From Asterias rubens (Eukaryota), in contig NC_047066.1 in assembly GCF_902459465.1 (NCBI RefSeq), positions 6,569,047-6,633,046 of the forward strand: 64,000 nucleotides of DNA. The letters are read 5' to 3'. Positions 1-61,400 of this stretch are shown piece by piece (the stretch's first letter is position 1; the number at the start of each line of letters is the position of its first letter). A model generated the notes under the pieces. That model was given only the letters and a program-made list of their open reading frames with translations, did not search any database and was not told the origin of the DNA. Made by a program: the position numbers and the translations under genes.

Positions 1-565
1 ACGTTTGATGAAAGCTGCTACTTCGTCACTCTTCAAGGAGCGGGTGACAGTCTTGCCTAGCTGCTGACGAAAAATAATTTCTCTTTTTACTCAGTGACCA
101 CATCCAAATTTGAATATTTTACATCGCATTTGAAACAAACAGTGAAAGGTCAAAATTTAAAAAGCCTCAAAATCAACATGAACCAATGGTCAGATAAAAG
201 TGACAAATCTTTTCAATTAATGCAGTTTTATTGCCGACTTGCACAATAAAAAAATCAATAACAGTCAAAAGTCAATGCATTGTACAAGTTTGAAAATAGT
301 GACTTTTGACGGTCACTTTCATCCAACCATTGCAATGGTCGGATAAAAGTGAGAAAACTATTCAATCAACACAAATTTTTTGGCAGTCTTGCTCGATCCA
401 CTAGTCAATCAAAGAAAGTAAACCTTGTAAAAAAATTGTTAATACCTCTCATACATCAAACGTTGGTTTTATAGATGGCTTCATAAAAAACAATTCCTTT
501 TCCAAAAAATTGTTCAGAATATTTTTTTATTATTTTATTGTATCTTGTATTCTTTTTTTTTTTTT

Positions 566-580
566 TGGGGGGGGGGGGGT
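566..580. repeat. Homopolymer G tract (about 15 nt). Similar tracts are C20 at 6619..6640 and G13 at 38848..38860.
   Basis: Read directly. Confidence 0.9.
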
Positions 581-738
581 GTCAACTGGCCACAGCTAGA
601 CCAATCTGGCACACCATCCCCATACAGAAGCCATCATGAGGTCCTCTGCCTGTGTGGACGGCACAAGTCAAGTCAAGTGTCAACTTTGGCTCTTGGGTAC
701 TTGATAAATCGAGACAGACATGACACAAACAAACTTAC

Positions 739-49222
<48,484 letters not shown>

Positions 49223-50656
49223 CTGAAAAAGAAAGAACAGACAAAAAAAAAAATTAAGATGTTTCAAAAGACAAACAAATCTTTCTGAACAAACAGAGGA
49301 CAGAAAAAATAAAAAATTAAGACATTTCAGAAGATTCTTTCTTAACCTTCAAGATCAAAATAAAAGTTGTCATTTCAAGGATAGCAGCTAATCAATAACA
49401 TCATTTTGCAGGATGATTGCAACCACCCTTACACATTGAGGGTATCAACTTTTTTCAGACTTTTGTTCCTTTTTTCTTTAGTCAAATGTAATTTTTCTAT
49501 CCAAACACAGTGATCATTATCTGGGAGGATAATGTTGACTGTTTGCAATGAGTAGAGATCATTAAGTAGTAGAAGACTAGCTAGCCATGCAAAGTTTTGT
49601 GAGCTCACTGCTTTTGTATTTACGCAATGTCCAAATTGGCGACTATATGTAGGTTTAGCACTGAAGGAGAGGACCACCTAGGAAAATATATAATTGAAAA
49701 AACTAATAAATTTGGCTTATTGGGATATTTCCCTCAAAATTTTGATTTGATCCTTCCAAGGATTACTTTATTCCCTTGTGAAAAAGGAAACCGTTTTCCC
49801 CAAATGCATAAAATCTTTTGCGATCATAAAAATTTGTTATCTAAGTGTGGACAAATTTGCATTGGAAGAAGACAGGCAACTTTACAAATTGTCAAAAGTG
49901 AAGTATCAAAAGTTTCACTCGCTGATTAATTGTGGGTCACATTGATTTTTGTTTATCTTGCATGTTGCATACTCTGCCATTTTTTTGAGCCATACAGCTT
50001 GCATAATCTGAAAACGATTTGTTTAATGTTTAGGCTACCTTAATCATTAAATTAATTATAGGGAAGACAAACATTAATAGTTTTGCTTCCAAGGTTCAAG
50101 AAGAGCCATTGTGTTTTAACATAAAGTTGAAAAAACAGTTTCAAAAGCGTTCATATGGCGCCACCACAAATGGAATTTGTTACATAATTTTGCAAAGGAA
50201 TTCAATTAGTCTCAGTTTCTTACCATTGGCTTTGTAGAAACATAAAAATCTTAAGGAAATTTGCAAAGTTTTTTTTACGGTTTTCGACCCTAAAAATATC
50301 TATCGACTGCTGCTTTCTTACTCAACTCATTTAAGTTGGGATAACTTTCACTCATTTTTTCAAAAAAGGGATATCTCATTGAGGTAAATTAGATACTATA
50401 TTATTTCATATTGAATGAAAAAGTGGTGGCGCCATACGGAAACTTTTCCTGAAGTTGTTACCCAAATCAATATCTAATAATAGACATCATAATTGCACAA
50501 ACATCAATTTAATATATCTACACGGTAGACGAGTACGTAGACTAGGTGACTTTATATAACACCCAAGCAGATCCTTGCCATTTGATTGGAGGATTGTCCG
50601 TCACGTGATAGCAAATAAAAGTACCATTGCACGCTGAGTCACTCGCCGTGCTTTTT

Positions 50657-50745
50657 CGTTCCATCCGAAAAGTACCATTGCACGCTGGCACGCTGCCAGC
50701 GTGCAATGGTACTTTTCGGATGGAACGAAAAAGCTGAGTAAAACA
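50657..50745. repeat. Perfect hairpin/palindrome (cgaaaagtaccattgcacgctggca|cgctgccagcgtgcaatggtacttttcgg) with a flanking direct-repeat arm.
   Basis: Inverted repeat read directly. Confidence 0.7.
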
Positions 50746-50925
50746 TCACTGCGTGCGCGTGTCTTTGGTAACGCAGCAGGTGTTACTGCAAGAAGGCATA
50801 GTAAAATTACTAGCATTCGGCTTCTACAGTTGAAATTGTTTGTTTTGAAAGTTGTTTCTTTCAATCAAAATGACAAAGTTCTACTTGGATGTTATATAAA
50901 ACAAATATTAAATAATGAATGTTTT

Positions 50926-51050
50926 TCATTCGTGCAATGGTGCGAATATGTTCATTCGTTGAAAGCTGGAATGTTCCATTCAACTCGGCTCCGCCTCGTT
51001 GAATAGAACATTCCATCTTTCAACTCATGAACATATTCGCACCATTGCAC
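50926..51050. repeat. Hairpin element with 24-bp perfect inverted termini (gtgcaatggtgcgaatatgttcat ... atgaacatattcgcaccattgcac).
   Basis: Inverted repeat read directly. Shares gcaatggt with the 50657 hairpin. Confidence 0.7.
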
Positions 51051-51614
51051 TCATAAACATTCATTATGTGTATACTATTCTTTAGAAATAGAGCAGGAAT
51101 TTAAAAGGGGGAAAATCAGTCAAACGAAAATTGACGAAAGCTGCCATTTTTTCTTTCACTTTTCAGGGAAAAATTTCAATTGATCCCTGAAACCAAATGA
51201 AAGTTGCAAACAATGTAAATTATAAAACCTCAAAACTGTATTAAAATGTAATGTTACTGATGGAAGAAAGCGCCTGCACAGGTAGCAGACTACAGAGTGC
51301 GGGACAATTTCCCTGCGCCATGATGATCCAGCTACCTTCCCGGCCAACGTGTCACAAGTATGCAGTGCAAATGTGCCGTACAATCCATTACATTGCCCTT
51401 GCGTTATCACAATGCACGGCACACAGTGTTTGGCATACAATCGCATGACATCACGAGGCCGGCGAACGTCCATATTCCACCAACGAACACTACACAGAGA
51501 CAAAATACACTTACATTTTATCGGAGATATCGCAGCGAATTACAGCCCATCGGCGGGCTTGAACCCTCCATCCAGGTCGCTTGCACAACTAGGGACACAA
51601 TTCTGCCATTTTGG

Positions 51615-51643
51615 GCAGCCAATGTGACGTCTTAAATATAAAA
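51615..51643 (+). promoter_or_regulatory. CCAAT box + CRE (cagCCAATgTGACGTCtt) followed by TATA-like ttaaatataaaaa.
   Basis: Motifs read directly. About 2.4 kb upstream (in gene orientation) of the first mapped coding exon of the Domino-like gene. Orientation ambiguous. Confidence 0.35.
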
Positions 51644-51775
51644 ATGGTAAAATGTTCCTGTTTTTGTACGTTCTTCTTTTGACGAAACGGCCTCCAGAAT
51701 AATGGCGGACCCGTTCATCGCAATCTCATCATACATGCACAAAATCTGAATAAATTATGTAAAATAACCTCGCCC

Positions 51776-51802
51776 GGTGACGTATCTCTGCGCTGATTGG
51801 TT
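51776..51802 (-). promoter_or_regulatory. Second CRE half-site + inverted CCAAT (ggTGACGTAtctctgcgctgATTGGttg) module.
   Basis: Motifs read directly. Typical of NF-Y-driven chromatin and cell-cycle gene promoters. Candidate 5' region of the Domino-like gene. Confidence 0.3.
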
Positions 51803-53344
51803 GTTGAGCTAAAGGCTCACCCATTGCGTAGATAAGAGGCGGGAAATTTGGGGTGCAAAAATGGGAGATAGCATTTTCATTCATGGTGATATTTTATGCC
51901 TAAAAAGATTCAATAAGTGTTGATTACATTTGTTTCATTATTTTCTTATATTGAAAGATTCCATACTATAAGTTTCTTTTTCCTAAAGCTTGTTCTGGTT
52001 ACAATAAAAGAAAATAATTTAATGAATAAAGACTTCAAATAATATAATCAAAAGAAAAAGAAAATTTGTCAAGACCATACTTGTCTGATTTGTCAATAGA
52101 TGCCACACATCCACATTGATTTTCAATGATAAATAAATTAAATGTTCATGAAACTAATTTTATTGATTTCAAATATTTTCAAGGTTTGTCTCTTTTCAAC
52201 AAGATTGATATAAATCAAGAATAACACCCGGTTTGTCAAAAAGGCAGAATTTATACAAACTTAATGTGTAAATACCTTTACCAAATAAATGGAATTTCGT
52301 AAATCAAAAATAAGCACTTCTCTTAGCAATTTCATGAATATAATATGATAGTATAGAACAATAACATGATACTTATTTGGAGTAATAATAAGGCACATGA
52401 AAAACTTGGCAAAATATAATGAGACATATTTCTGACCGTGAAAAGCCGACTACATGTGCATAACAAGTTGAACTTTTTTTCACAATAATTAAGACAGTGA
52501 TAATTCACAGTGATTAACAATTGTTCCGATACTAATTTTTCAACTAAACTAAAACAATATCTCATTCTTTTATCAGAATTATCAATTATAAATTAGAAAC
52601 ACGAATGACATTGTGCATGACAGGGCCCAGTTTCATAAAGCTGGTTATAAGCATAAAAAAGTTGATAAGCTCAACAAAAATTTATCAGAATAAGTTTATA
52701 ACCTAAAATGACATGTTAAATGTACAAACTGTAACTGGTTATCCTGCTAAGTTTTGCTTAGCAGATAAAAATGTAAGCAATATTTTCTGCTTAAGCAGCC
52801 CTTTGTGAAATTGGGCCAAGAAGTTACACAAGATGCTATGGTCATAAGCCACTTTTGAGATTTGGTGGACACATATTATGTAAATGACATGAAATGAAAT
52901 AATGTTTTCAAATATTTTCACAAATCCTTTGATTCAAAAACAAGTTATAGTGACAATTTGCACACATGGTTTGAATACTTTAGATTTTAAACGAGGTTAC
53001 AAAGAACTCTTGTTTTGATCCAAGGAAATTTCAGTATTTTTTTAAGGATAATCAATAAAACAACCATTAAACCACTTAAAATATTTTAGTTCATGAGTTA
53101 ACCGTAAATTTTGCAATGTAACAAGTCAAAATTGCTGGTAACAAGTCAATTTGAAAAAGCGGCCCTTTGTTGTGGAGCAATTATTTTGTTTATTTGGGTT
53201 TTTCCCCGTCCAATCAATGCCCAAAATGAAGGATGGATATTATAGAATGATAAAATATTTAAAGCTTGCATGGTGTAGATAATAGGAAGGAACTACAACT
53301 AGTAAACTTCTGGGAGTTTTGTACAAAGTGTATGTGAGGTTAAT

Positions 53345-53790
53345 TCTTAAAGATGCTATGTCAGATTTTTTGCCGATTTGACCCAAAAATTTTGATATGG
53401 GGTATTTTGATGGGGGTCGAGAAAATAACAAGCTTTCATTTGAGCCATTGCTCGAAAAAGTCCGCCAATTATTAGTAGCGGTGAAATAAAGTGCTCAAAA
53501 TTAGTTTTAAATTTTGATATGGGGTATTTTGATGGGGGTCGAGAAAATAACAAGCTTTCATTTGAGCCATTGCTCGAAAAAGTCCGCCAATTATTAGTAG
53601 CAGTGAAATAAAGTGCTCAAAATTACACGTGACCAATTCTTATGTGTTTTATAAGAAATGTTTTAAATTTTTGTCATGGTTCCTGACCATTAAAAGTAAA
53701 AGTTAAACTTTTTTTCGTTAGAGCAGGTGATACTCTTTGAAATACCATTCACTCGCCAAAAATCTGACATAGCATCTTTAACTACAGGAA
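53345..53790. mobile_element. Inverted-repeat-bounded element (TIR ...taaagatgctatgtcagattttt / aaaaatctgacatagcatcttta) containing an internal about 125-bp tandem duplication (53388..53635).
   Basis: Inverted termini at 53349.. and ..53780, with two tandem copies of ttttgatatggggtattttgatgggggtcgagaaaataacaagc... Confidence 0.55.
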
Positions 53791-54037
53791 CAAGAGGAAA
53801 GAACAAAAGCTGTCTCCACAGGGATACGACAAAAATGTATGGTTCTCGACGTTTCAAACAGTATTACTTTGCTCACCTTAAAGTCACCTGGAAGTGTTTT
53901 TTTGTCAAAATAAAGCTTTTGTCATTTAAATATGTGTTTTGATGAGTAGAATATAAATATACAGTTAACTAAGGTTCTAAAAAATTAGTTTCCATTTTAT
54001 TAACAAATATAAAAGTAGGCCCGAACCGAGAGGGCAC

Positions 54038-54328
54038 TGTTCGTGACGTCAATCGAGGCGCGATATTTGAAGCAATACGGCTCGAAGTGTTTGCTGCACA
54101 GTGCTGGAAAAGACTTCGCACCGGACCACTTTGCAAACTGACCCCATTTTTAGTTGTTTTGCTGCCTCCAGCAGCAATACACGTGGTCGACATTGCCGGA
54201 AAAATGCAAGAAATAAACCTTTTTTTTGAAACGTACAAACTCATGAGTAGGACTTGCATGTACTTGTGTGTCTGTGTGTTCGATAATCGATCGAGGAAAA
54301 GTCTGCCTTGATTGACGTCACAAAAGGG
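54038..54328. mobile_element. MITE with 18-bp TIRs t[ct]gtgacgtcaatc[ag]agg.
   Basis: tcgtgacgtcaatcgagg at 54038.., ccttgattgacgtcacaa at ..54328. No ORF. Confidence 0.6.
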
Positions 54329-54984
54329 GTAGGCGGAGTCACCCGTTCAAACAACTTTATCTATTTTTTTAACATATAAATCGTTACAAACAATTACTAA
54401 AAAAATTATGTTATTGTTCATAAACATATACTCTAATGTTTGAAGAAACAAAAATTCTGTTTAAGTTACTTCCTAGTATTGAAAAAGATCGCTGGAGGAG
54501 AAACAACAGAATACAAAGATGGGTGCTGTAAATAATAGTTCATGAGTTGACAGCAAATAGACAATCAGAAATATAAGCATTTCTGGCAGCATTAAGAAAA
54601 ATAAACATCTGAATTTGGCTCTGAAACTTTTTGTATGGATCAGCATACATACAAAACACAGCACATTATCTTGTACGGCATCTACTATAGTCCTTCATCC
54701 AATGTTTATAGCACCCTCAGGGAAACAAACAAAATGTTGTAAACAATTTTTTGAGATTCAGTACTAATTAAAGTACTGAAGTATTCAGTGTTGTAATTAC
54801 ATTGATCTAAATATAAATTGCCAAACCTGATTTTGTTACTTATTGCTCAAAAAAGGTATTGTTGAAACAACCCCCAAAAAGGTATTTCAAATACAAACTT
54901 CAAACACCAATTAAATGACCAACGAAAATTCCTTTGAAAAACAGCACCATGGTAAATATTGAACATTATACAGTTGTTGCACGG

Positions 54985-55090
54985 TGTGACGGGTTCCATG
55001 GCGTTTTGTACACCCGAGGGGGAAAATGGCACCCAAGGCGAAGCCGAGGGTGCCATTTGCCCTCGAAGGGTGTACAAAACCCATGGACCC
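54985..55090. repeat. Perfect hairpin of about 105 bp (ggttccatggcgttttgtacacccgaggg ... ccctcgaagggtgtacaaaacccatggacc).
   Basis: Inverted repeat read directly. Two-strand ORFs here are palindrome artefacts. Confidence 0.7.
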
Positions 55091-55962
55091 CAGTCACAGC
55101 GTGCAACAATTGTTTTGTTATACCTTTGTTTAATTGTTATTCCTCTTCTCAAAGTTCTGTTGTCATCTTCAAACATCATTACGGCGGTCTATTCATTGTT
55201 TAATAAGCAGACGAACAAGAAACAATTCCCTCGAACCCACGGTTGTTTCGTACACAGCGCTGGAAATTGACCAACGCTGGGAACGATCAAGGTAATGTAC
55301 ACCGGTGTACATCACTTTTCATGTTACCCGGCCCGTTACACATGTAACATGCGTTTTTGTTGCGAGTCACATGATTGGTTCTCGACCAATCAAACTTCAC
55401 AGTTTGTTACCAAGGTATAAGAATTCTAGTTGTAAACCTCATAGGCCCCAACCGGGACCCCCCTGAAACTCTTTACCTGATTATCTTTACAGACACAGGA
55501 CAATTCAAAATTCCAAAAATCTCTTAAAACACAACGTATCAGATCGGCGTTCGAACACATGTGAGAATTTAGAGTAACCTTGACCGACGCCTTTGAAGGT
55601 TTTAAAGTCAAAGTGCACCTTACAAATGCGGTGTTGAAACCATTGTTATTATATAAGACCCACTTCACATACATGTATTGTAGCAGCCATATTGCTCTTT
55701 TTTGGGTGTACAATTTAGCATCACCTAGCCAGGAGTACGGTCGAGCAAAAGCCACTATTTACAAGTGTAAACAGTTCTTATTCACTCCATTTCCATACAA
55801 AAATAAGGGACGAATAATATTTTTGTTGGAAATAAATAATGGGTGAACAGTGAACTTTTACAACACACAAGTCTCACACAAAAAGTTGTCTGTTGCCAAA
55901 TCAGCTCTATCTAGTCTGGGATCATGCATTTGACCTGACTTGGGTAATGTCAAGGAGTTTTA

Positions 55963-56241
55963 AGGAACACGTTGCCTTAGATCGGACGAGTTGGTCTATA
56001 AAAAGTGGTTTACCTTTTACTGTGCCAACTAACACGGTCGGCCATTCATGGGAGTCAAAAATTGAAATGGCCCACCGTGTTAGTCGACGAGGTAAAAGGA
56101 AAACCGTGCAATTTCGAGGCATGTTTGTGTGGATCATTGTATTCTACTTTTACAACATCTTTCTACCCATATGCATTTTATAACAAACGGTTTCAAATGC
56201 TTTTCAAAGACCAACTCGACCGATCCAAGGCAACGTGTTCC
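55963..56241. mobile_element. Foldback element copy 2 (left arm partially deleted).
   Basis: Shares ggaacacgttgcc...ccaactaacacggtcggcc...ggcaacgtgttcc with the 9440..9856 copy. Confidence 0.65.
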
Positions 56242-56465
56242 TTTAATGAAACACGGGTCCAAGGCCGTGTCTGAATTGGCGGCTATTGCTAGGGCGATTG
56301 CTGGATCAGTGCATCATCATGCATTAGAGTATAGAGCGTCCTTAGCAACACACTTAGCAACAGACACAGCCGTAGCTGTAGTCACCTAGTTGGATACAGC
56401 CTGAGGGTAGACCGGAAAAAAAGTAGTGTGTACTCTTTATATCTGCTGATTACCAGGGATCGTTA

Positions 56466-56632
56466 CTGTCATAGACCCTTTTGGAAACCACGGCTTCAGC
56501 TTTGGATTCGGCTCAGGCTAGCTTGGCCCCCGCGGTTGTTTGATAGTTGCACATGCTTTGTGCATGCGCACAGGGCTTCATACGAGAGGACGGAGCGTGA
56601 AGCCGAATCCAAAGCTGAGGGTTCGAAAAGGG
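56466..56632. repeat. Hairpin element (arms cttcagctttggattcggctcagg / cctcagctttggattcggcttcacg inverted; outer arms ccttttggaaacc / ggttcgaaaaggg).
   Basis: Inverted repeat read directly. Confidence 0.6.
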
Positions 56633-57288
56633 CCATCGAGTTCCGGGAACCAGACGAAGATGGCAGCAGCTTGACAAAGGTCTACTTGATCGCCTTGATG
56701 AAGACTGTCTCATCTGTCTCTGGGTAGACTGCCGGCAGCATGTCGTACTCTATCCAACCATCAGACTTGACCTCGGCCTCCAATTTCTTTAACCTGTATG
56801 TGAGAAAGAAGACAGAGTTGACTTCTACCTATATGATCCTTTATCATGCTGTCACAATCTTGGTCATGTTCCCCGTTTCCAATAACAGAGATGAATGCTA
56901 ACATTCATTGCGCATGGCACCAGACTTATTTCTTCCAGCCTCAGTTTGGTTACAATGAGTGGGAATGGAGTAAAATCATGATGGCCACACCGTGATGAAG
57001 GTCTATAGCCCTTTCCCAAGAGCTGGTCGGATTTGGAACAGGCTACCGGTGGTTGCAGTCACTGCAACAAATCCGCAAGGGTTCCAGAGAGAAGCACTGC
57101 CAACTATAAGAGGGATGGAGGTTCCAATCTCTCTCAGGACAAACTGACAAAACCACAGCTTATAAAGAACAATGTTGACAGCATATAAGCACAGAGCACA
57201 AATGGAGTTTGCAAACGACCCTCTCCAGGACAGCAGCAATGCTTTATAACAACTCAAGATTCAAGACATAGTTCGAATGTCAGCTTTT

Positions 57289-57656
57289 AAAGGCACTGGA
57301 CACTATTGGTAACTACTCAAAATATTTGTTAGTATAAAAACTTACTTGGTCACGAGTAATGGAGAGCTGTTGATAGTATGAAACATTGTGAGAAACATCT
57401 CCCTCTGAAATAATGTAGTTTTTGAGAAAGAAGTAAATTCTCACTAAAATATTTGAATTTGATTTCGAGATCTCAGAATTAGATTTTGAGGTCCCGAAAT
57501 CAAGCATCTGAAAGCACACAACTTCGTGTGACAAGAGTGTTTTTTCTTCCATTATTATCTCGCAACTTTCGACGACCACTTGAGCTCAAATTTTCACAGG
57601 TTTGTTATTTTGTGCATATGTTGAGACAATTACCAAAGGTGTCCAGTGTCTTTAAA
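57289..57656 (+). mobile_element. MITE family A copy overlapping the last codons and stop of the K/S/D/E-rich protein gene.
   Basis: TIRs aaaggcactggacactattggtaactactcaa / gacaattaccaaaggtgtccagtgtcttt. Confidence 0.8.
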
Positions 57657-57907
57657 GAGTTCAAACATATACCTCCTTTTCTCTGCAGTGTTGGCTTTCT
57701 TGATTTCCTTAATCGTCGGGCATCTGTTAAGCTTCACATTTCCCGATCGACGTCGTGCGGCAATTCTGTTCTTTCTTCCCCTCTTGAGCAACGTATCGTA
57801 GAAAATGCTGCGAAGGGCACTCTGGTGATCCTCCCTGTCCTTACTAGAGATCAAAGGCTCTTCCCATTCCAGTGGCATTGGGGTAATCAGGCCCTCACAA
57901 ATGGCTC
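57630..57907 (-). CDS. Terminal coding exon of the same gene: (R)AICEGLITPMPLEWEEPLISSKDREDHQSALRSIFYDTLLKRGRKNRIAARRRSGNVKLNRCPTIKEIKKANTAEKRRYMFELFKDTGHLW*. Stop at 57630..57632 lies inside a MITE TIR.
   Basis: Acceptor tttccacag|GAGCC at 57907, phase-1 compatible with the upstream donor. Basic C-terminal domain. The last 8 codons overlap the MITE at 57289..57656. Confidence 0.6.
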
Positions 57908-58424
57908 CTGTGGAAATGAAATGTTCAAATAATTGTCACAGTCACAAGAAAGTATTAAAAGATTTGTCAGACTGTAAATTAACTATTAAAAATAGTTTAT
58001 TCTTGTGTTTTAACACTTCAAGGCAATAGAATAAAAGAATGAATCACTATTTCCAAATTCGAAAGCGATTCAAAGAGACATATTCTTTCATCCAACTGAA
58101 CCTGGTTATCTTTTAAATACTGATTCAATTTGGATATATAAATTTTTGATGACAAAAATCTTTAAAAGTGCTGTAACTGGGGCTCAATTTCATAGAGCTG
58201 CTGTAAAAGCAGTAAACGTAGCTCAATACAAAATATGAATGCTTACCAGACTACGATCAACAGCCATAACACCATGTCACATGTACCATTCATGACTGGT
58301 AACCTGCTCCTTTTTGCTAAGCAGAAATGTTAAGCAAAAGTTCCTGCTTAAGCAGCTCTATGAAATTGGGCACAGGTAAACTAGGCCTATAAACTAGGCA
58401 ACAAGACCACTGACTTCCACTTAC

Positions 58425-61400
58425 TGTTAGTATCAGACTTGATGGTGTACATGATAGGGTCGTAATTCTTGTCGCGGATCTCTCCAAAGTTGCGGCTGGC
58501 TTTCCAAGCATCTGGTTTCGCATCAGTGGCTGGAACATTCTCCATCATTTTTCTTGCTGCCTCCTGTTTGAAAATCGTCAGCAGTTTACCCTTGTCCTTT
58601 AACAATCCATGGACTAGTGGCTTGCTCTTAATAATGTCTGAATCCAGATGTTCACTTCCCGTCAGGACAGGATTTGTTGTAGCTTTCCTTTTTACTCTCT
58701 CCTTTCTCGGTCTATTACCAACTAAACATGTACAACCATGTTTCTTGCCCCTGAAGGATTTGCCCATGTGGTCAAACGGACAAGCAGAACTTTCAACTTC
58801 ATGTAGAAATCTGCTCGGAAAGATTTGGTCAACTGATTCTTCATCGCTACTGCATGAATGTTCATCCTCAAGAACTTCTTCAGCTGTCTTTGAGCTATTC
58901 CTTGGACCTCTATCTGCCTGTTTCTTCTTACACACAACACTACTACCTTCTACTGCAAGAAGGAGACTTGAATCATCGCTGTCAAAACCATCAACTCCTT
59001 CCTCATCATCTTTACTAGCATCTTCCTCAGCCAAGTTTTCTTGCACATCACCACCCTCCTCATCAGTGTTACTCCTCACATTATCTTCACCATTTTGCAA
59101 ATTTTTCCTCATTCCAAGCTCGGTGACGATCTGTCCGCCATGACCAACATCGTCACAATGACTGCCATCTCTCATATCATCAGCTTCCCTGAGATTTTTA
59201 TCTCCATTACCAGTAGAGTTCCCTTCTCTATCTTTGTCTTCATCATCCATGAGTTTGCCAACAAGGCTTTCGACATCATTGGAGCAATCATCGTACGAAT
59301 CACTTTCTTCTTCGTCTTGATCTTTCACGCTTAAAACCAAATCTACAGTGTCAAAGTAATAATCACTATCGTCGCTGTCTTTAGCGCTCTTTGAGCTGCT
59401 CTTACCCGATGACACAGTACTGTTCATCAATTTTGTCCATGCAAGATTTTTCTTTGATTTTGTTATCGTCAAGGTTTTCTTTTCTTTTGGTTGTCCTCCT
59501 TTGGTGTCTTCCTTTGTTTCTAATTTGGTAAACTTTGTGGATTGCGCCAAACTAGAAGTGCCTCCTTGCTCTTTATCTTCAGACTTCCCACCGGATGACA
59601 GTTGTTTATTCTTCTTTGTTAATTTTCTATCATTCATTAATTCTGCAACAACTTCTGTTGCTTCCATTGTCTTTAAGGATCTTCTAAAATCACTCTTCTT
59701 CGGTGCATTTTTTATTTCTCCTTTGAGGGCTTTCTCTTGTTTTGCTGTTTTACTCTTTGTAGATTTTTTCAAACTACTGGATTTGCCAATGATGCCTAGA
59801 TCACCTTGATGGTCAGTGCCGACAGCATCTTCACCGGTATTATCAATTCTTGATTCTCCACAGTTGTCTTCAGAAGTTTTCTCAATGGGACTATTTTGAA
59901 CATCCACTTGTTTAGTCTTCCTTGCCAGTTTAGTCTTTACCTGTTTACTCTCTGTCTGTGTCTCTGTCTTCTCCAACAGTGTTTTGTTTTTCAACTTCTT
60001 AAGCGGTCTGCTCTTGTCTGGTTCACCTTCCTTCCTTTTTCCTAAATCACAACTGTTTTTAACTTGTATACTCTTTGGTGAATTTCTTTCTTTCCGTTCT
60101 CCTTCTTGGGCATTTGTCTTTGTCGATGTCTTCTTTTTGGATTGTCTCGGGCTCTCTATCAGTTTACCATTGTCCACTCTTTCATTGCAGTTGTCCAAAC
60201 TAAGGTTCTTTTCCATGCTTTCTGTCAGGACAGATTTTATCTTGGATTTGCCCATGTCAGCCATTTCAGGTAGAGTTTTTTGTGTCAACTTTTTATGTGA
60301 TTTGCTCTTGTACAATAATCCAGCGTAATTTCGGGGGTCATCTTGTTCCCTGTCCGTTCGATCAAGACTCTTTTTGATATTTTTCCTCTGAGGTGGTTTT
60401 CCTTTTTTCAAAAGTCCATCTTTGGTTTGTTTGTCTGTCGTTAATTGTGTCACCTTTCCGGACTGTTTCAAAGAATCACTTTCTTCTTCGTCTTGATCTT
60501 TCACGCTTAAAACCAAATCTACAGTGTCAAAGTAATAATCACTATCGTCGCTGTCTTTAGCGCTCTTTGAGCTGCTCTTACCCGATGACACAGCACTGTT
60601 TATCAATTTTGTCCATGCAAGATTTTTCTTTGATTTTGTTATCGTCAAGGTTTTCTTTTCTTTTGGTTGTCCTCCTTTGGTGTCTTCCTTTGTTTCTAAT
60701 TTGGTAAACTTTGTGGATTGCGCCAAACTAGAAGTGCCTCCTTGCTCTTTATCTTCAGACTTCCCACCAGATGACAGTTGTTTATTCTTCTTTGTTAATT
60801 TTCTATCATTCATTAATTCTGCAACAACTTCTGTTGCTTCCATTGTCTTTAAGGATCTTCTAAAATCACTCTTCTTCGGTGCATTTTTTATTTCTCCTTT
60901 GAGGGCTTTCTCTTGCTTTGCTGTTTTACTCTTTGTAGATTTTTTCAAACTACTGGCTTTGCCAATGATGCCTAGATCACCTTGATGGTCAGTGCCGACA
61001 GCATCTTCATCGGTATTATCAATTCTTGATTCTCCACAGTTGTCTTCAGAAGTTTTCTCAATGGGACTATTTTGAACATCCACTTGTTTAGTCTTCCTTG
61101 CCAGTTTAGTATTTACCTTTTTACTCTCTGTCTGTGTCTCTGTCTTCTCCAACAGTGTTTTGTTTTTCAACTTCTTAAGCGGGCTGCTCTTGTCTGGTTC
61201 ACCTTCCTTCCTTTTTCTTAAATCACAACTGTTTTTAACTTGTATACTCTTTGGTGAATTTCTTTCTTTCCGTTCTCCTTCTTGGGCATTTGTCTTTGTC
61301 GATGTCATCTTTTTGGATTGTCTCGGGCTCTCTATCAGTTTACCATTGTCCACTCTTTCATTGCAGTTGTCCAAACTAAGGTTCTTTTCCATGCTTTCTG

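Noticed and set aside
54847-55270. Overlapping ORFs on both strands (54847..55179 minus; 54934..55203 and 54959..55270 plus).
   Set aside because: They are produced by a 105-bp perfect palindrome (54985..55090), which reads open in both directions. No coding signature.
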